64,000 nt of DNA from the human T2T-CHM13v2.0 reference genome, Homo sapiens (GCF_009914755.1 NC_060931.1), one strand, 5' to 3'. Positions 44,786-59,773 are shown, counted from the first letter of the stretch. The notes: a model not told the origin generated them from the letters alone. Numbers and translations are program-made.

Positions 44786-45411
44786 AAAGCTATGTTTTCC
44801 TGGATTTAGTATTCTTCACATGGAAAACTGAAGATTTTTAGAGAGATTATCTGTAACATTAATTCCTGCTATAATGGTCTCTGTATCTCAAGATCTGTCT
44901 CCACATTTTTCTAGGTGACTCAACCATTGGACACATCCAATTAACCTAATTCTTTCTGATTGGAGTGGGTGAGGGGTGGGAGAAGGAGCATGCCTTCAAA
45001 ATCAGTAATCATTTTTAAATGAATAAGTTAACATTTAAAAATGTAAGTTCAATTTCTTCAGGATCACAGAATAATTAATAGTTTATAGAGGTTTCAACTC
45101 ATTTGTTCTGAGTCTTAGCCCTTTATTTTTTTATTTCAATAAGGTATATTGGGAAGATATAAAGCATACCAAATATAAATAATTGAAACATGACTATTCC
45201 TATATTCAGATAACATAATCCTTTAGGCCTTCTCTGAGCATGAGCAATTAAATATATTTTCTTTTCAGTAATATGTGCCATCTGAACTGTAAAACAATTT
45301 CCCAGAGATTTCCTGGAGTAGCTCAGACCGTATCTCATCACTGCCTTTCAGTATTGGTGCTAAAGGATTTGGCTTCACTCATTCTTGCAAATGAAATTTC
45401 TCCTTTCCGGG

Positions 45412-45804
45412 TGTTATGGTCTGAATTGTGTTTCCCCAAAATGTATATGTTAAAGGCCTGATCTTTCAGTATGTGACTATACTTGGAGGTAGAGGCTTTG
45501 TAAATGTGATTAAGTTATAATGATGCTGTTAATGTGGGCCCTAATTCAATCTGACTAGTGTCCTTAGAAGAAGAGAAAATTTAACACACAGACACCTTGG
45601 AGTGCACACACACAGAAGAAAGACCATGTGAGGACACAGTGAAGATGGCCATCTGCCAGCAAATGAAAGAGGTCTCAGAAGAAACAACACTGCCAACAAT
45701 TTGATCTTGGACTTCCAGCCTCCAAAACTGTGAGAAAATACATTCCTGTTGTTTAAGCCCCAGTCTATGGTCCTTTGTTATGGCAGCCCTAGCAACTACA
45801 ACAC
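45412..45804 (+). mobile_element. MLT1A/B solo LTR
   Basis: tgttatggtctgaattgtgtttcccc...ggacttccagcctccaaaactgtgag...tttgttatggcagccctagc. Confidence 0.88.
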
Positions 45805-46246
45805 AGGATTTTTCACAAGAGGTCCTCCAATAAGGCTACTTCTCCAATGTAAGACATGTGGTAATATTGACTCTGCCTCTATCCACCCCTTCCTCACCCC
45901 AACTCAAATGACCTTACCAACCCCAACTCATCTCCAGTTGACCTTTCTAATTTTTGCCATTAAGATAAGCCAGTGTGCATTGCATAAAGATATAAATAAA
46001 TCAATTAAAACTCAATGTACATCCTAAAACAAATGTAATTTTGGCCTTGTCCAGATATGATAGTAACTTCAAGAATGAAAGCTGTATTCATATTTACAAG
46101 ATTTTTGTGTTTAAAATGTTGATACAGTGCAATTATTTGACTACATCGGAGGTTTGTGTGCTGATACTTTGATAGAGGACATAGCTATCTGCAGACAATC
46201 CAGAAATGTACAGCACTGAGCATAGAGAAATGGAAATAAATAACTA

Positions 46247-49200
46247 GATTCCTGCTCCAAGATGGCCAACTAGATGCAGCCGGGAGGAACATCTCCCACC
46301 AGGGGACTGCAACATTGGGAAGACTGGCGCACTCCTAGCCAACCTTCAGAGGGAAGGCATTGAGAGCAAATGGAGGGAAGACACAGAAGCTGGGCTGAAG
46401 GGGAAGGAAGCTGGGAACCCTGCACAGGGATACTGTGCACGGGAACTCATTTCTAACCCACAATGACTCCTGAGGAGGAGGACAGGCAAGGAGCAATCAA
46501 CTCTCACCACAGGCCTCTGGAATCTTGGCAGGAGGAGACCCCTTGACCACCATGGACACTTGAGTTGGCAGGGAAAAGCTGCTTAGAGCAGTGGTAGGGG
46601 CACAATTCCAGCTAGTGCAGAGCCCAGAGGGTTTGATGCAGAAACATCTGTAGTGGAGCATGGCCAGAGATGTCCATTGCCCTAGGCTTGACTTGCTCCC
46701 ATGTGAGACTTTAGCCCTAGGGAACTGTAGAACCTGAACTCTGCAGGGAGGTCGTGCCCATGAGATGGTGCTAGTCTGACCTGAGCACTCCTTGGTCTGC
46801 TGGCTTCTCCTGGGGCCCCAGTCTGACCACACCTACTTGCAGTGCAACCCCCAGGTACCTCTGAGGGCCTGCATCATAGCTCCTGCATTAGTGGACCACA
46901 CCTGATTATCAGAGTGCTGCAGCAGAGTGACCCCCACTGACATGCACCAGCCTGCCCATGCCCTCCCCACACTGCAGCCTCCCCTATGCCACATTGCTTG
47001 CAGGCACTTGCCCAGGCCACCTGCCCAATATGCTTTGCCAGCATCTATATGTATGGGCGGACCTTCCCCTTCCTTCCCCGCCAGCTCACATGTATGCCTG
47101 TATCCTGCCATGCCACTGCTGCCAACATCAGTGCACCCCACCCTACCGCTACCTGCTGCACTGCCATTGTCACTGGAGCCCAGGGAGGCGTGCAGCCCAC
47201 CAATCCTGTCCCTGCCAGCACCTCACTCCTGTGCCAACATTATCACTTGAGTGAAACTAGGCACAGAGAGCAGCAGAACCTCCCCTGCCCCGAACATCCA
47301 CAGATGGTGCACAGAGACCTGCCCCTCCAGTGTCCTGCCCCCTTGCCAATGCCTCCACCAGTGTGACTGCACACATAGTTGCCAATAAGTGGGCCCCTGC
47401 CCCAACAAGCTGTGCTGGTTCTGCCGCTACTGTGAACACCTGCACAAAGGCAGGCACCTGGCACCCGCTAGTACCCTGCCACAGTTGATGATCATACATC
47501 TCATCATGCTGCCACTGCTGCTGACACATGCCAATGAGGACAGATCCTGCTGCCACTGCCCTATAAAGTGCTTTGACTGGCACCACCCATTGAAGTGTTG
47601 TGACCAGAAGTCTGGGAGCACCTCAGCCCATCCAGTGCAGCAGGTCCCTAACCTTGAGGAGCCAGAGAACAAAGCCAGGTCCCAATAGTAGTCCACCAGA
47701 GTTAGAGCATGCAGTCCAGGAGTCCTTAGCTGAGCCTTGGTCTCCTAAAGTCTTCTAGTAATGAAGGCAGTTGACTGAACCCACCTCATACCACAATCAA
47801 ACCCCAAAGGTCATCAAATAGGATAAAAGGAATAGAAATCCCATACAAAGAACAACAACTTCAAAGATTTAAGGACCATCAGCCCACAAAGATGAGGAAA
47901 AAACACTGTTAGAACTCTGACAACTCAAAAAACCAGAGTGCCTTCTTTCCTCCAAATGACCATACTACCTTTCCAACAAGAGTTCTGACCTGAACTGAGA
48001 TGACTTAAATAGCAGAAATAAAATTTCAGAATATGGATAGAAATAAAGATCATAAAGATTCAGGAGAACATTGAAACCCAATCTAAAGAATTAGGAATCA
48101 CAATAAAACAATACAGGAGCTGACAGACAAAAAAGCTGGCACAGAAAAGAACACAACCAACCTGAAAGAGCTGAGAAACACACTACAAAAGTTTTATAAT
48201 GCAATCATAAGTATTAACAGCAGAATAGACCAAGCTGAGGAAAGAATTTCAGAGCTTGAAGAAAGACTTTCTGAAGGAAGACAGCCAGACAGGAATAAAG
48301 AAAATATAATGAAAGGGAAAAAACAAAACCCCCAAGAAATATGGGATTATGTAAATAAACTGAATGTATGACTCATTGGTGTCCCTGAAAGAGATAAGAG
48401 GAATGGAAACAACTTAGAAAACATACTTCAGGATATCATCCATGAGAATTTTCCCAACAGAGCTAGAAAGGACAACATGCAAATTCAGGAAATTCAGGGA
48501 ATCTCACAAAAGACTTCAAAAGAAGATCATCCCCAAGACACATAATTATCAGATTCCCCAAAGTTGAAATGAAAGAAAAAATGTTAAAGGCAGCTAGAGG
48601 ACAGGTCACTTACAAAGGGAAGCCCATCAGACTAACAGCAGACCTCTCAGCAGAAACCCTACAAGCCAGAAAAGATTGGAGGCCCATATTCAGCATTCTG
48701 ACAAGTAAGAACTGAGAGAAATCATTACCACCAGATCTGCCTTACTAGAGCTCCTGAAAGAAGTACTAAATATAGGAGGAGGAGGGGAAGACTGTTATCA
48801 GCTACTGCAAACACAAACTTAAGCATACAGACCAGTGACACTACAAAGCAACTAAATAAATCAGTCAGCATAATAAACACCTAATATGACAGCATTAAAT
48901 CCACACATGTCAATATTAACCTTGAATATAAACGGGCTAAATGCTCCAATTAAAAAGCAGAGTGGCACCTTGATAAAGAAGCAAAACCCAATGGTATGCT
49001 GTCTTCAAGAGACTCATCTCTAATGCAATTATACCCATGGGTCCAAAATAAAGGGATGGAGAAATATCTACCAAGTAAATGGAAAACAGAAAAAAAGCAG
49101 ACACTGGAATCCTAATTTCAAACAAAACAGGCTTTAAACCAACAAAGGTCAAAAAAGACAAAGAAGGGTATTAGCTAATGGTAAAGGGTTCAATTCAACA

Positions 49201-52200
49201 AGAAGACCTAACTATACTAAATATATATGCACCCAACACAGGAGCACTCAGATTCATAAAGCAAGTTCTTAGACCTTCAAAGAGACTTAGACTCTCATCC
49301 AACTATAGTGGGGTACTTCAACACCACACTGACAGTATTAAACAGATCACAGAGTCCAAAAATTAACAAAGATATTCAGGAGCTGAACTCAACACTAGAC
49401 CAAATGGATCTGATAGACATCTACAGAACTCACCACCCCAAAACAACAAAATATACATTCTTCTCATCTGCAAATGGCACTCTAAAATCAACCACACAAT
49501 CAGACATAAAACAATCCTCAGCAAATGCAAAAGAACCAAAACCTTACCAACCACTCTCTCAGACCACAGCACAATAAAAACAGAATTTACAACTAAAGAA
49601 AATTGCTCAAAATCATACAATTACATGGAAATTAAAAAATAACCCTACTCCTGAATGACTTTTGAGTAAATAATGAGATTAGGGCAGAAATGAAGTTCTT
49701 TGAACCTAATGAGAACAAAGACACAACCTACCAAAATCTCTGGGACATGGCTAAGGCAGTGTTAAGAGGGAAATTTATAGCACTAAATATCCACATCAAA
49801 AAGTTAGAAAGATCTCAATTTAACAACCTAACCTCACAACTGAAAGAACTAGAGAGGCAAGAGCAAACATATCCCAAAGCCAACAGAAGACAAGAAATAA
49901 CCAAAATCAGAGCTGAACTGAAGGTGACTGAGACATGAAAAACTACTGAAAGAATCAATGAAGCCAGAAGCTGATTTTTTTGAAAAAAAAAAAAGTATAA
50001 GATAGATATACCACTAATTAGACTAATAAATGAGAAAAGAGAGATAGAAATACACACAATCAGAAATGACAAAGGAGATATTACCACTGACTCCACAGAA
50101 ATACAAATAACCATCAGAGACTATTATGAACACCTCTACACATAGAAACTAGAAAATCTAGAAGAAATGGATAAATTCCTACACAAATACACCCTCCCAC
50201 GACTGAACCAGGAAGAAATAAAATCCCTGAGCAGACCAAAAATGAGTTCCAAAATTAAATTAGTAATAGCCTACCAAACATAAAAAGCCCTAGACCAGAC
50301 AGATTCACAGCTGAACTCTACCAGATTTACAAAGAAGAGCTGGTACCATTCCTACTGAAACTATTCAAAAATTGAGAAGGAGGAACTCCTCCCTAACTCA
50401 TTCTATGAGGCCTACCAAAACCTATCAGTGACACAACAGAAAAAGAAAGCTTCAGGCTAATATCCTTGACGAACATAGATGCAAAAATACTAGCAAACCA
50501 AATCCAGCAGCACATAAAAAAGCTAATCCACCATGATCAACTAGGCTTTATCCCTGGGATGCAAGGTTGGTTGAACATATGTGAAACAATAAACATGATT
50601 CATGACATGAACAAAACCAAATACAAGAACCACAGGATCATTTCAATAGATACATTAAAGGCCTTTGACAAAATTCAACAACCTTTATGTTGAAAACTAT
50701 ATCAAAAAACTAGATATTGAAGAAACATACCTCAAAAGAATAAGAGCCATCTGTGACAAACCCATACCTAACATCATGCTGAATGGGCAAAAGCTGGAAG
50801 CATTCTCTTTGAAAACTGAACTAAGACAAGAATACCCTTTCTCACCTTTCCTATTCAACATAGTGTTGGAAGTCCTACCCAGAGCAATCAGTCAAGAGAA
50901 GGAAATTAAGGAAGAAAGTTGAACTACCCTGACATCATTTTATATCTAGAAAATCATATAGTCTCAGCCCAAAAGCTCCTTCAGCAAACAATTTGCTAAA
51001 AAAATTCAGTAAAAATTCAGGATATAAAATAAATGTGAAAAAAAAAAAACCACTGGCATTCCTATACACTAAAACACCCAAGCAGAGAGCCAAATCAGGA
51101 ACAAACTCCTGTTTACAATGGCCATAAAAAGAATAAAATTCCTGAGAATACAGCTAACAAGGGAGGTAAAAGATCTCCACAATGAGAATTATAAAACATT
51201 GTTCAAAGAAATCAGAGATGACACAAACAAATGGAAAAATATTCCATGCTCATATATAGGAAGAATCTATATTGTTAAAATGGCCATACTGCCCAAAGAA
51301 ATTTATAGATTCATTGGTATTCCTATCAAGCTACCAATGACATTTTTCATACAACTAGAAAAACTATTTTAAAATTCATATGGAACAAAAAAAAACCCTA
51401 AATAGCCAATCCTAATCAAAAAGAACAATGCTGGAGGTATCATGCTACCCAACTTCAAACTATAATACAGGGCTATGGTAACCAAAACAGCATGGCACTG
51501 GTACAAAAATAGACACATAGACCAATGGAACAGAATAGAGAGCCCAGAAATAAGGATACATACCTACAACTATCTCATCTTTGACAAAGCTTACAAAAAC
51601 AAACAATGAGGAAAGGACTCCTTATTCAATAAACGGTACTGAAATAACTGGCTAGCCATATGCAGAAGATTGAAACTGGGCCCCTTCCTTATGCCATATA
51701 AAATAATCAGCTCAGGATGGATTAAAGACTTAAATGTAAAACCTAAAACTATATAAACCCTGGAAGACAACCTAGGCAATACCATTCTGGACATAGGAAC
51801 TGGCAAAGATTTCATGATAAAGACACCAAAAGCCATCGCAACAAAAGCAAAAATTGACAAATGGGATCTAATTAAACTAAAGAGCTTCTGCACAGCCAAA
51901 GAAACTATCAACAGAGTAAACAGACAACCTACAGAATGAGAGAAAATAATTGCAAACTATGCATCTGAGAAGGTTTAATTATCCAACATTACAAGGAGCT
52001 TAAACAAATTTACAAGGAAAAAAAAACATTAAATAGTGGGCAAAGGACATAAACAGACACTTTTCAAAAGAAGACATACATGTGGCCAAAAAGCACATTA
52101 AAAAAGATCAATATCACTGATCATTAGAAAAATGCAAATTAAAACCACAATGAGATATCCTCTCACACCAGTCAGAATGGCTATAATTTTTTTAAACTTC

Positions 52201-52309
52201 TATTTAAGTTCAGGGGTACATGTGTAGGTTTGTTACATAGGTAAACTTGTGTCATGGGGTTTATTATACAGATTATTCCATCACCCAGGTATTAAACTTG
52301 GTTTCCATT

Positions 52310-52345
<36 letters not shown>

Positions 52346-53352
52346 TATCCTCTTCCTCCTCCTACCCTCCACCCTCCAATAGGCCCCAGTACATTGTTTC
52401 CCTCCATGTGTCCATGTGTTCTCAGCATTTAGCTCTCACTTATAAGTGAGAACATGTGGTATTTGGTTTTCTGTTCCTGCATTAGTTTGGTAAGGATAAT
52501 GGCTTCCAGCTGCATCCACGTCCCTGAAAAAGACATGATCTTATTCTTTTTCATGGCTGCATAGTATTCCATAGTGTATATGTACCACATTTTCTTTATC
52601 CATTCTTCCACAGATAGCATTTAGGTTGATTCTATGTCTTTGCTATTGTGAATAGTGCTGCATTGAGCATACATGTGCACGTGTCTTCATGATAGAATGA
52701 TTTCTATTCCTTTGAGTACATATCCAGTAATGGGATTGCTGAGTCGAATGGTATTCCTGTCTTCAGGTCTTTGAAGAATCACCACACTGCCTTCTATAAT
52801 GGCTGAACTAATTTACACTCCTGCCAAGAATATATAAGTGTTCCCATTTCTCCACAACCTGGCTAGCATCTATTATTTTTGGACTTTTTAATGATAGCCC
52901 ACAATGACTGTAATGAATATACCTGTGTGCCTTTATGATAGAATGACTTATATTCCCCTGGTGTATTCCTTTGGGTATAGCCAAAGCAATGTAAATCATG
53001 GGGAAAATGCCTTTATCTCCTTTTGATGAGAATATTAGAAAAATAATATATTTTTGGAAACATAATATTTAGAGACATAATATATGTCTCCAAAGTTAGG
53101 CTTATACTTTGTTTCTCAATGATAGCCCAGAATGGCTATTATTAAAAGTTATAAGGGGAAGGTAAATTATGAGAACACATGGACACATGGGGGGAACAAC
53201 CGAAACTGGGATCTACTTGAGGGTGGAGGGTGAGATGAGGAAGAGGATCAGAAGAAATATTGGGTACTAGGCTTATTACCTGAGTGACAAAATATCTGTA
53301 CATTAAACCCCCCATAACAAACCTGCACATATACCTGAACCTAAAATAAAAG
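46247..53352 (+). mobile_element. Near full-length decayed L1PA (about PA13-like), interrupted near its 3' end
   Basis: 5'UTR ccaagatggccaactagatgcagc; ORF1 ~47.9-48.8 kb; ORF2 peptides ([38 protein letters not shown]) with many stops and frameshifts; 3'UTR at 53150-53352. Confidence 0.95.
52189..52912 (-). mobile_element. 5'-truncated L1PA (about PA10/11-like) inserted antisense into the host L1
   Basis: L1 3' end in reverse; TSD cagaatggctat(a/t)att at 52174-52188 and 53128-53142. Confidence 0.88.
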
Positions 53353-53645
53353 CTTTTTTTTTTTTTTTTTCAGACGGAGTCTCGCTCTGTCGCCCAGGCA
53401 TGATCTCTGCTCACTGCAAGCTCTGCCTCCCAGGTTCACGCCATTCTCCTGCCTCAGCCTCCTGAGTAGCTGGGACTACAGGCGCCTACCACCACGCCCG
53501 GCTAATTTTTTTTTTTTTTTTTTTTTTAGTAGAGATGGGGTTTCACCATGTTATCCAGGATGGTCTCGATCTCCTGACCTCGTGATCCGCCTGCCTTGGC
53601 CTCCCAAAGTGCTGGGATTACAGGTGTGAGCCATCGTGCCTGGCA
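53353..53645 (-). mobile_element. AluY with a ~14-nt deletion, in the L1 tail
   Basis: Y diagnostics; flanks aaaagcttttt / aaaagtttttt. Confidence 0.93.
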
Positions 53646-53959
53646 AAAGTTTTTTAAAAATAAAATAAAATGTTTATGGAAACGTATAAAGAAATACAAT
53701 AAACGACCAGCATAAAAGGATAAATTTTCATAAATGTTATCAATTTTTTTGTCATTCTACATTATTCTGTTTTCAAAATGAAGCCAAATCGAGATGATCT
53801 GTTTACAGATTATTTTATATGGTTTGTTTATAGGAGCCCAGACTCCAACAACACCTTCACCTCACCTAAATCACTTAAATATAATGCGGCATACGTCCCA
53901 AGCCAGGGCAAATATCAGATCTAATCAGGAAAAAGGAATAGATGGGTCATTTTCACTAA

Positions 53960-54265
<306 letters not shown>

Positions 54266-55284
54266 TCAAAGATAGCTTTAAATGCTCTCATATTAATGCT
54301 TCATGCTAACTTGTTTCTTATCCTGTCATTAGAGTAGTGGGTCTAACATTTACCATATGTTGACCATTCGTGCAATTTATCAACCAATCTGGTATACTTC
54401 TGAGCATGAAACTAGGAGCTATTAATAATTATGCTAGAAAGACAGATGAAAGTTGGATTGATGCTAGGAAAATCAAGACATATCACTCTTCTATAACTAA
54501 AGGACATACAGCACAATAACAATTTATATATTAACAATAGCTAGAAATTTGGTTTTCAGCTCAGCAAAACAAATAGAAAAAAAATTTTAATTATATCACA
54601 AAGTGAAAAGTTGAGCACATGGTGATTGTTTGGCAGTCAGCCATCAACACTATCAACAGTACATACGAATGCTGTGTCTATGTAAAAATCTACAGGCAAA
54701 GAGTCATGGGGAAAAATGCATTTATCTCCTTTTGATGAGAGTAAATATTGGAAAAATATATTATATCTCCAAAGTTATGCTTATACTTCCTAAAAAAGTT
54801 TATTTTAGTTACTATATTTGCATTTTTACTGGCATAAGACCTGGTATATATTTTTGTCTCCAAAAGGTTGAAGAGGATTTGGGCAAAGAATCATAAAAAG
54901 GAAAAATATTTCTCTGGATCAGCAGGCTGCTTATGGATGATGTTAACAGCACAAATCCAACTTTTGTTTGTGTGTTTCAAGTACATGTTTAACTAAAACT
55001 TTAGTTCTCATCTGTTTTGAGCCATTTTTATACTGCACAAGGAATACACAAAACCCTTCACATACGGCACACAGTCCCCATTGGTGGTGCTTCACTGATT
55101 TGGCCTAAGGCTATCATTGGCTCCTCCTTTCTGCATGTTCCCCCTAACGACTTAGCATTCTTGACCCTCTGTATTGCCTGCATCCTTCCCTGCTGCCCTG
55201 TCGGGATGATCAGCTCCTAAAAGTCAGAGGCTCTCTGCTGCTCAGCATTGCTTCTTTACCATCCAACATACATGCTTGAAATAG

Positions 55285-55692
<408 letters not shown>

Positions 55693-58494
55693 TCTTTTAG
55701 CATCTTAAATTATGGAGAAATGAAAAGGGCACCAAGAAAATAAATAAAAATATGGATTCTGTAAGAAAGGGGTACTGAAGTTTTGGTTTTGTTTTCTTTC
55801 TTTTTTTTAATCTTGCAAATAGAAGACCACTATATTAATGCCTGCAAGTTGATGAAAGATAGTGCCCAGTGAATATCTGCCAAAAATTGAAAAGGAATTT
55901 GGCTTAATTTGCAACAATAGGATAATGTAGGTTGAATACACCTAAAAAAGAACACCATATCGACTACAACAGTAATTAAGTAGTTCACCTAGGCAAGGCT
56001 GTGGCCTTTTTTACCTTCAGGGAAATTTAAATGAGAGTGTCTACTTAGATAAGTCAGGCTTTTACACGTCTCAGGCAATAGGGGAACCAAGTGACCCCAT
56101 AAAGTCTCTTCCAGCCCTTGGATTGATTATCCATTAAGAGTAAATTTGAAATCACAAACTGAACACCGAAAAATTATAAGCAACTTTTAACTAGAATGCA
56201 CATTTAGATTTTAATTGAGCCATACTGAAATCATGGTTCTGGCTGATAAAAGTATCTCAAAAAATAAATTTTAAAAAGATTAGTAGAAAACAAATATATA
56301 TGGGCACATTTAGCCCCAAGCTGCCAGTCCAAGTTGTAATAATAGTATAAAAATTAGTCTGTGGTATAACAAGCAAATGGTTGTAGACAGAACTGGGCAG
56401 TATTTTTAGACATAAACCCCAAGAGAATTAATTAAGCTTTGAAAAACATAATTGAACTAGGTATTTTTATAAACATACTAGAACATCTGATGCATACACA
56501 CGTGAATGTGCAAAATAGCTAATTATATACACTGTTTATAAGTCTGTCTCAGCAATAAAGCAGAGATTCCTCTATTTGTGGCCCAGTGAAAAAATTTGTT
56601 GCTTCTTATCCTTTTGTTTTGGTCAACATTTTAATTGTTCAGTAGCACTTATGGCATGAAACACCGAGGGGAAAAATAAAAGCTGTAAAACTCATATTCA
56701 TTAGATCTCACTTATAATTTTGGACTTGTTTTGCGAACTTCACAAACTATTTATGAACATGATATATAAAATTTTTTTAAGTGTTTCGAAAATGTAAGGG
56801 CTTTAACCAAAAGAAACTCCTGAAATATTATTTCCCTTACTTAATAATTTAAAAGTGGCTGAAAAATGAGAAGTGGTCCACATTTTCACTTTCTTATGAG
56901 AAGCCAGCCCTTCTCATTTGCTAGACATTCACAACTACATATTCACTTAGACTGAAGGTAGGATATAATTAATTCCTACATTTTTTAATGTATCCATTCC
57001 TTCTACTAGACTATGTACTTTTATGAAGAGGACTGTATCTCTATATTCAGTGTCTGGCACATAGTAGGTATTCAATAAAGGCCAAGAGGATATTGAAAAA
57101 ATGATTGAACACATCCCCTTGGAAATGAAGTACATCAAAATACAAGTATTTTCAGTGCAATTCTCCCTAACACTATTTCTTGAAAGGCCAAATGGTGAAT
57201 GGGGTAAGATGGGGTCTGGCCTATGCGAAGAATGAGTCATTAAATGGCCTTGCAGATAAGGACAGAAATGCAAGTTTTCAAAGGACTCCTTAGAGCTTCC
57301 ATCATGAAACAAGGTCACAGGAAGCAAGGGATAATTGATAACATCTAAAACCTAGAACATAGGGTTTTGGGGTAAGATATGAGATAGCGGGTGATATGTT
57401 TGGATAAATAGAGTATTAGAAAGAGTTCAGATAGTTCATACTTTAAAGAACTTATTATACAAAACTAAAGAGTGAACAAAGAGAAGCTTAAGGTACAATC
57501 AGTATTATTGAGCAACAAAGTGATATAAATCTTATCTTCGTAGGTGGCCCAGAAAACAGATAGTTTTGAAGATTAAAAAAAAAAAGGGAGAGAAAGACCA
57601 CAGAAAATTGCATTAGTGGAGTTTTCAGACCTGACCCAGTGGAATAAAAATGAGGAGAAAATGTTGAAGTGAGGTTAATGAAATATTTTGTAGTTAAGAG
57701 TTGAAAAGATATGATGGCTGGTTAGATACAGAATGAGAGAGAATTTAAGTTTAAAATGAACATTTTTGGTTTGGGAAACTAGATAGGTGGTGATCTGTTA
57801 AAAATATGAGAAGTTTAACAGGTGTGATTTTAGGAGAGGACGGAAAAAGGCACTTGGAATGTGGATCTGGAGCCAAAGAGAAGGCTGGGAAAAAAGGACT
57901 GGGAAAAAAGACCGAGAAGTCATTAGCATGTGTGGGGTGTAAGTGTGTGTGTGTGTGCGCGTTGGAAGTGGAAGCCATGGAGTGGATGAAACTTGCAGCC
58001 CTCCCTTTCTTCAGCTGATTTGTAGGTACAAATATTCTTCTGGAGTAGGTGAGGCATGGGGATATTTGGTGGTAAGAGATGAATCGGAATGGCTTTTTTC
58101 CCCAAAGGTCCTCTGCTACCTACTAGATCTGGAGGTACATAACACAATGATGAAGAATTCAGAAAGTCACAATAAGAACAACTAAAGTACATTTAATCAC
58201 AGCCCTGCCCTTGAAAATACCCACCTGGCAAGCATAATGCTATACTGTGACTTTACAAGAAGTAATCATTCAATCTATCCTTGTAACAGCCAGGAAATGA
58301 GTAAGATGTTAAATACAAGTCACATCTTTTGTTAAAAATCTCCTGTATACATAGAACACTACAGAAATATATACCACACCAGAAAAAAGTTCAAAATTAT
58401 TTTTCTCCCATGCTAGTTTATATGTAGTTTTGATAGTAAGTTAAAAAGGTATATACAACAGTTTTGCATTTTTCATAAACTATGGAAAAGTATT

Positions 58495-59700
58495 CATGCA
58501 TTTGTTCATCCAAACAATGTTTATTGAATTTCAATATTTATAAGCAAAATATGGAAATCAGTGACAAACAAGATAGGCAAAATCTCTATGTTTATAGCCA
58601 AGAATACAGAGTCTCATCATAATTAATTAAGAAGTAGATATTTAATTATAATAGGTGCTACAAAGGAGAAGAGTAAGATGTAATTAAATATCTTACATGA
58701 GGATCTGACCTAGTCTAGGAGTCAGGTAAGACTTCCTTGAGGAAATGTCTTTTGAGCTGAATTCTAAGGAATCTTTAAAATTTATTGAGGCAAAAACTGG
58801 ACAAGAACTTATCAGAGAGAGAGAATAGCTTGTGTGAAAGCACTGAGCTGGGAGCAAGCACAATACCTTCCAGAAAATGAAAAATCCAAATGTGGTTGAA
58901 GCTCAGTGAAATGGAACAGAGGAACAAAGGATAGGTTGGATTAGGGAGGAAAGTGTCAAATCCTGCAGGGTCCTGCAGGTCAGATCGAGGATTTGATCTT
59001 GAAGATGTACTGGTTATTCTTCATGTTGTCTGCTCAGCTCTGTTATTCATGATGACCCCTGCAGTGAATTACCCAATTTCCTTGTTCTGTTTCCAGTTAG
59101 GTTCCAACAGGAGGCACTGACGCATCAGAGACTGGAGGAGAGATGAAACTCAAAAACTCAAGGTACTTCCGCTCCACTTCCTCCCTGTTTCATGGCAGTA
59201 TCGCTAGTGGTGATTTGTCTCTCCACAATTACCACTCCTGCTGTGTGCTCCGTCCTCCTTGGGATAGCTCTCAAAGATCTCTAGTAATAAAACTTCTTCC
59301 CCTTCTCCCTTCCCCCTTCCCCCTGAGGGTAGTAGCAAATAACTTTCACTTCTGTCTTTATGTTCCTCAGTGTCTCCTATTGGTCCTCTTAACTGCAACC
59401 ACACTGTAAAGTGATTCTTTTATTATAATCTCTATATTTGAACTTTTTGAGCTGAAGTCTGTTTCCTGCTGGGATCATGACTGACCCTTCACAGTACAGC
59501 CAAAATCTATTTGTACTTTTCAGTTGATCACTCTGGCTGTTGTGAGGAAAATGGATTGGATTGGAGTGAGCGAGAGTAATGCCAGGAGATGGAGAGAACT
59601 GGACCATCTACTTGGGAAGGAAAAGTCAAGATTTGGTCATAGAGGGCCATAGTCAAGATGGGCTATAGAGGTGAATAAGAGAGAAGATTCAACAATTGCT
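58495..59700 (-). mobile_element. L2 interrupted by LTR33
   Basis: ttcatgcatttgttcatcc...gacttccttgaggaaatg...gagctga; resumes gatcactctggctgttgtgagg after 59520. Confidence 0.7.
59006..59490 (+). mobile_element. LTR33-like (ERVL) solo LTR
   Basis: ttccagttaggttccaacaggaggcactg...ctgtttcctgctgggatcatgactgac. Confidence 0.7.
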
Positions 59701-59773
59701 CTGTTCAGTAATCAAAAGAAACAAATACTGGTTTCAAGGAATCAGAAAATGCACATGTTCCAAAATTGCTTAC

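Noticed and set aside
46497-47696. Cluster of 70-126 aa ORFs on both strands (similarly 37477-38211)
   Set aside because: They fall in GC-rich L1 5'UTRs with few stop codons and show no recognisable domain.
48900-52150. L1 ORF2 peptides as a functional reverse transcriptase/endonuclease gene
   Set aside because: Fragmented by many stops and frameshifts; a dead element.
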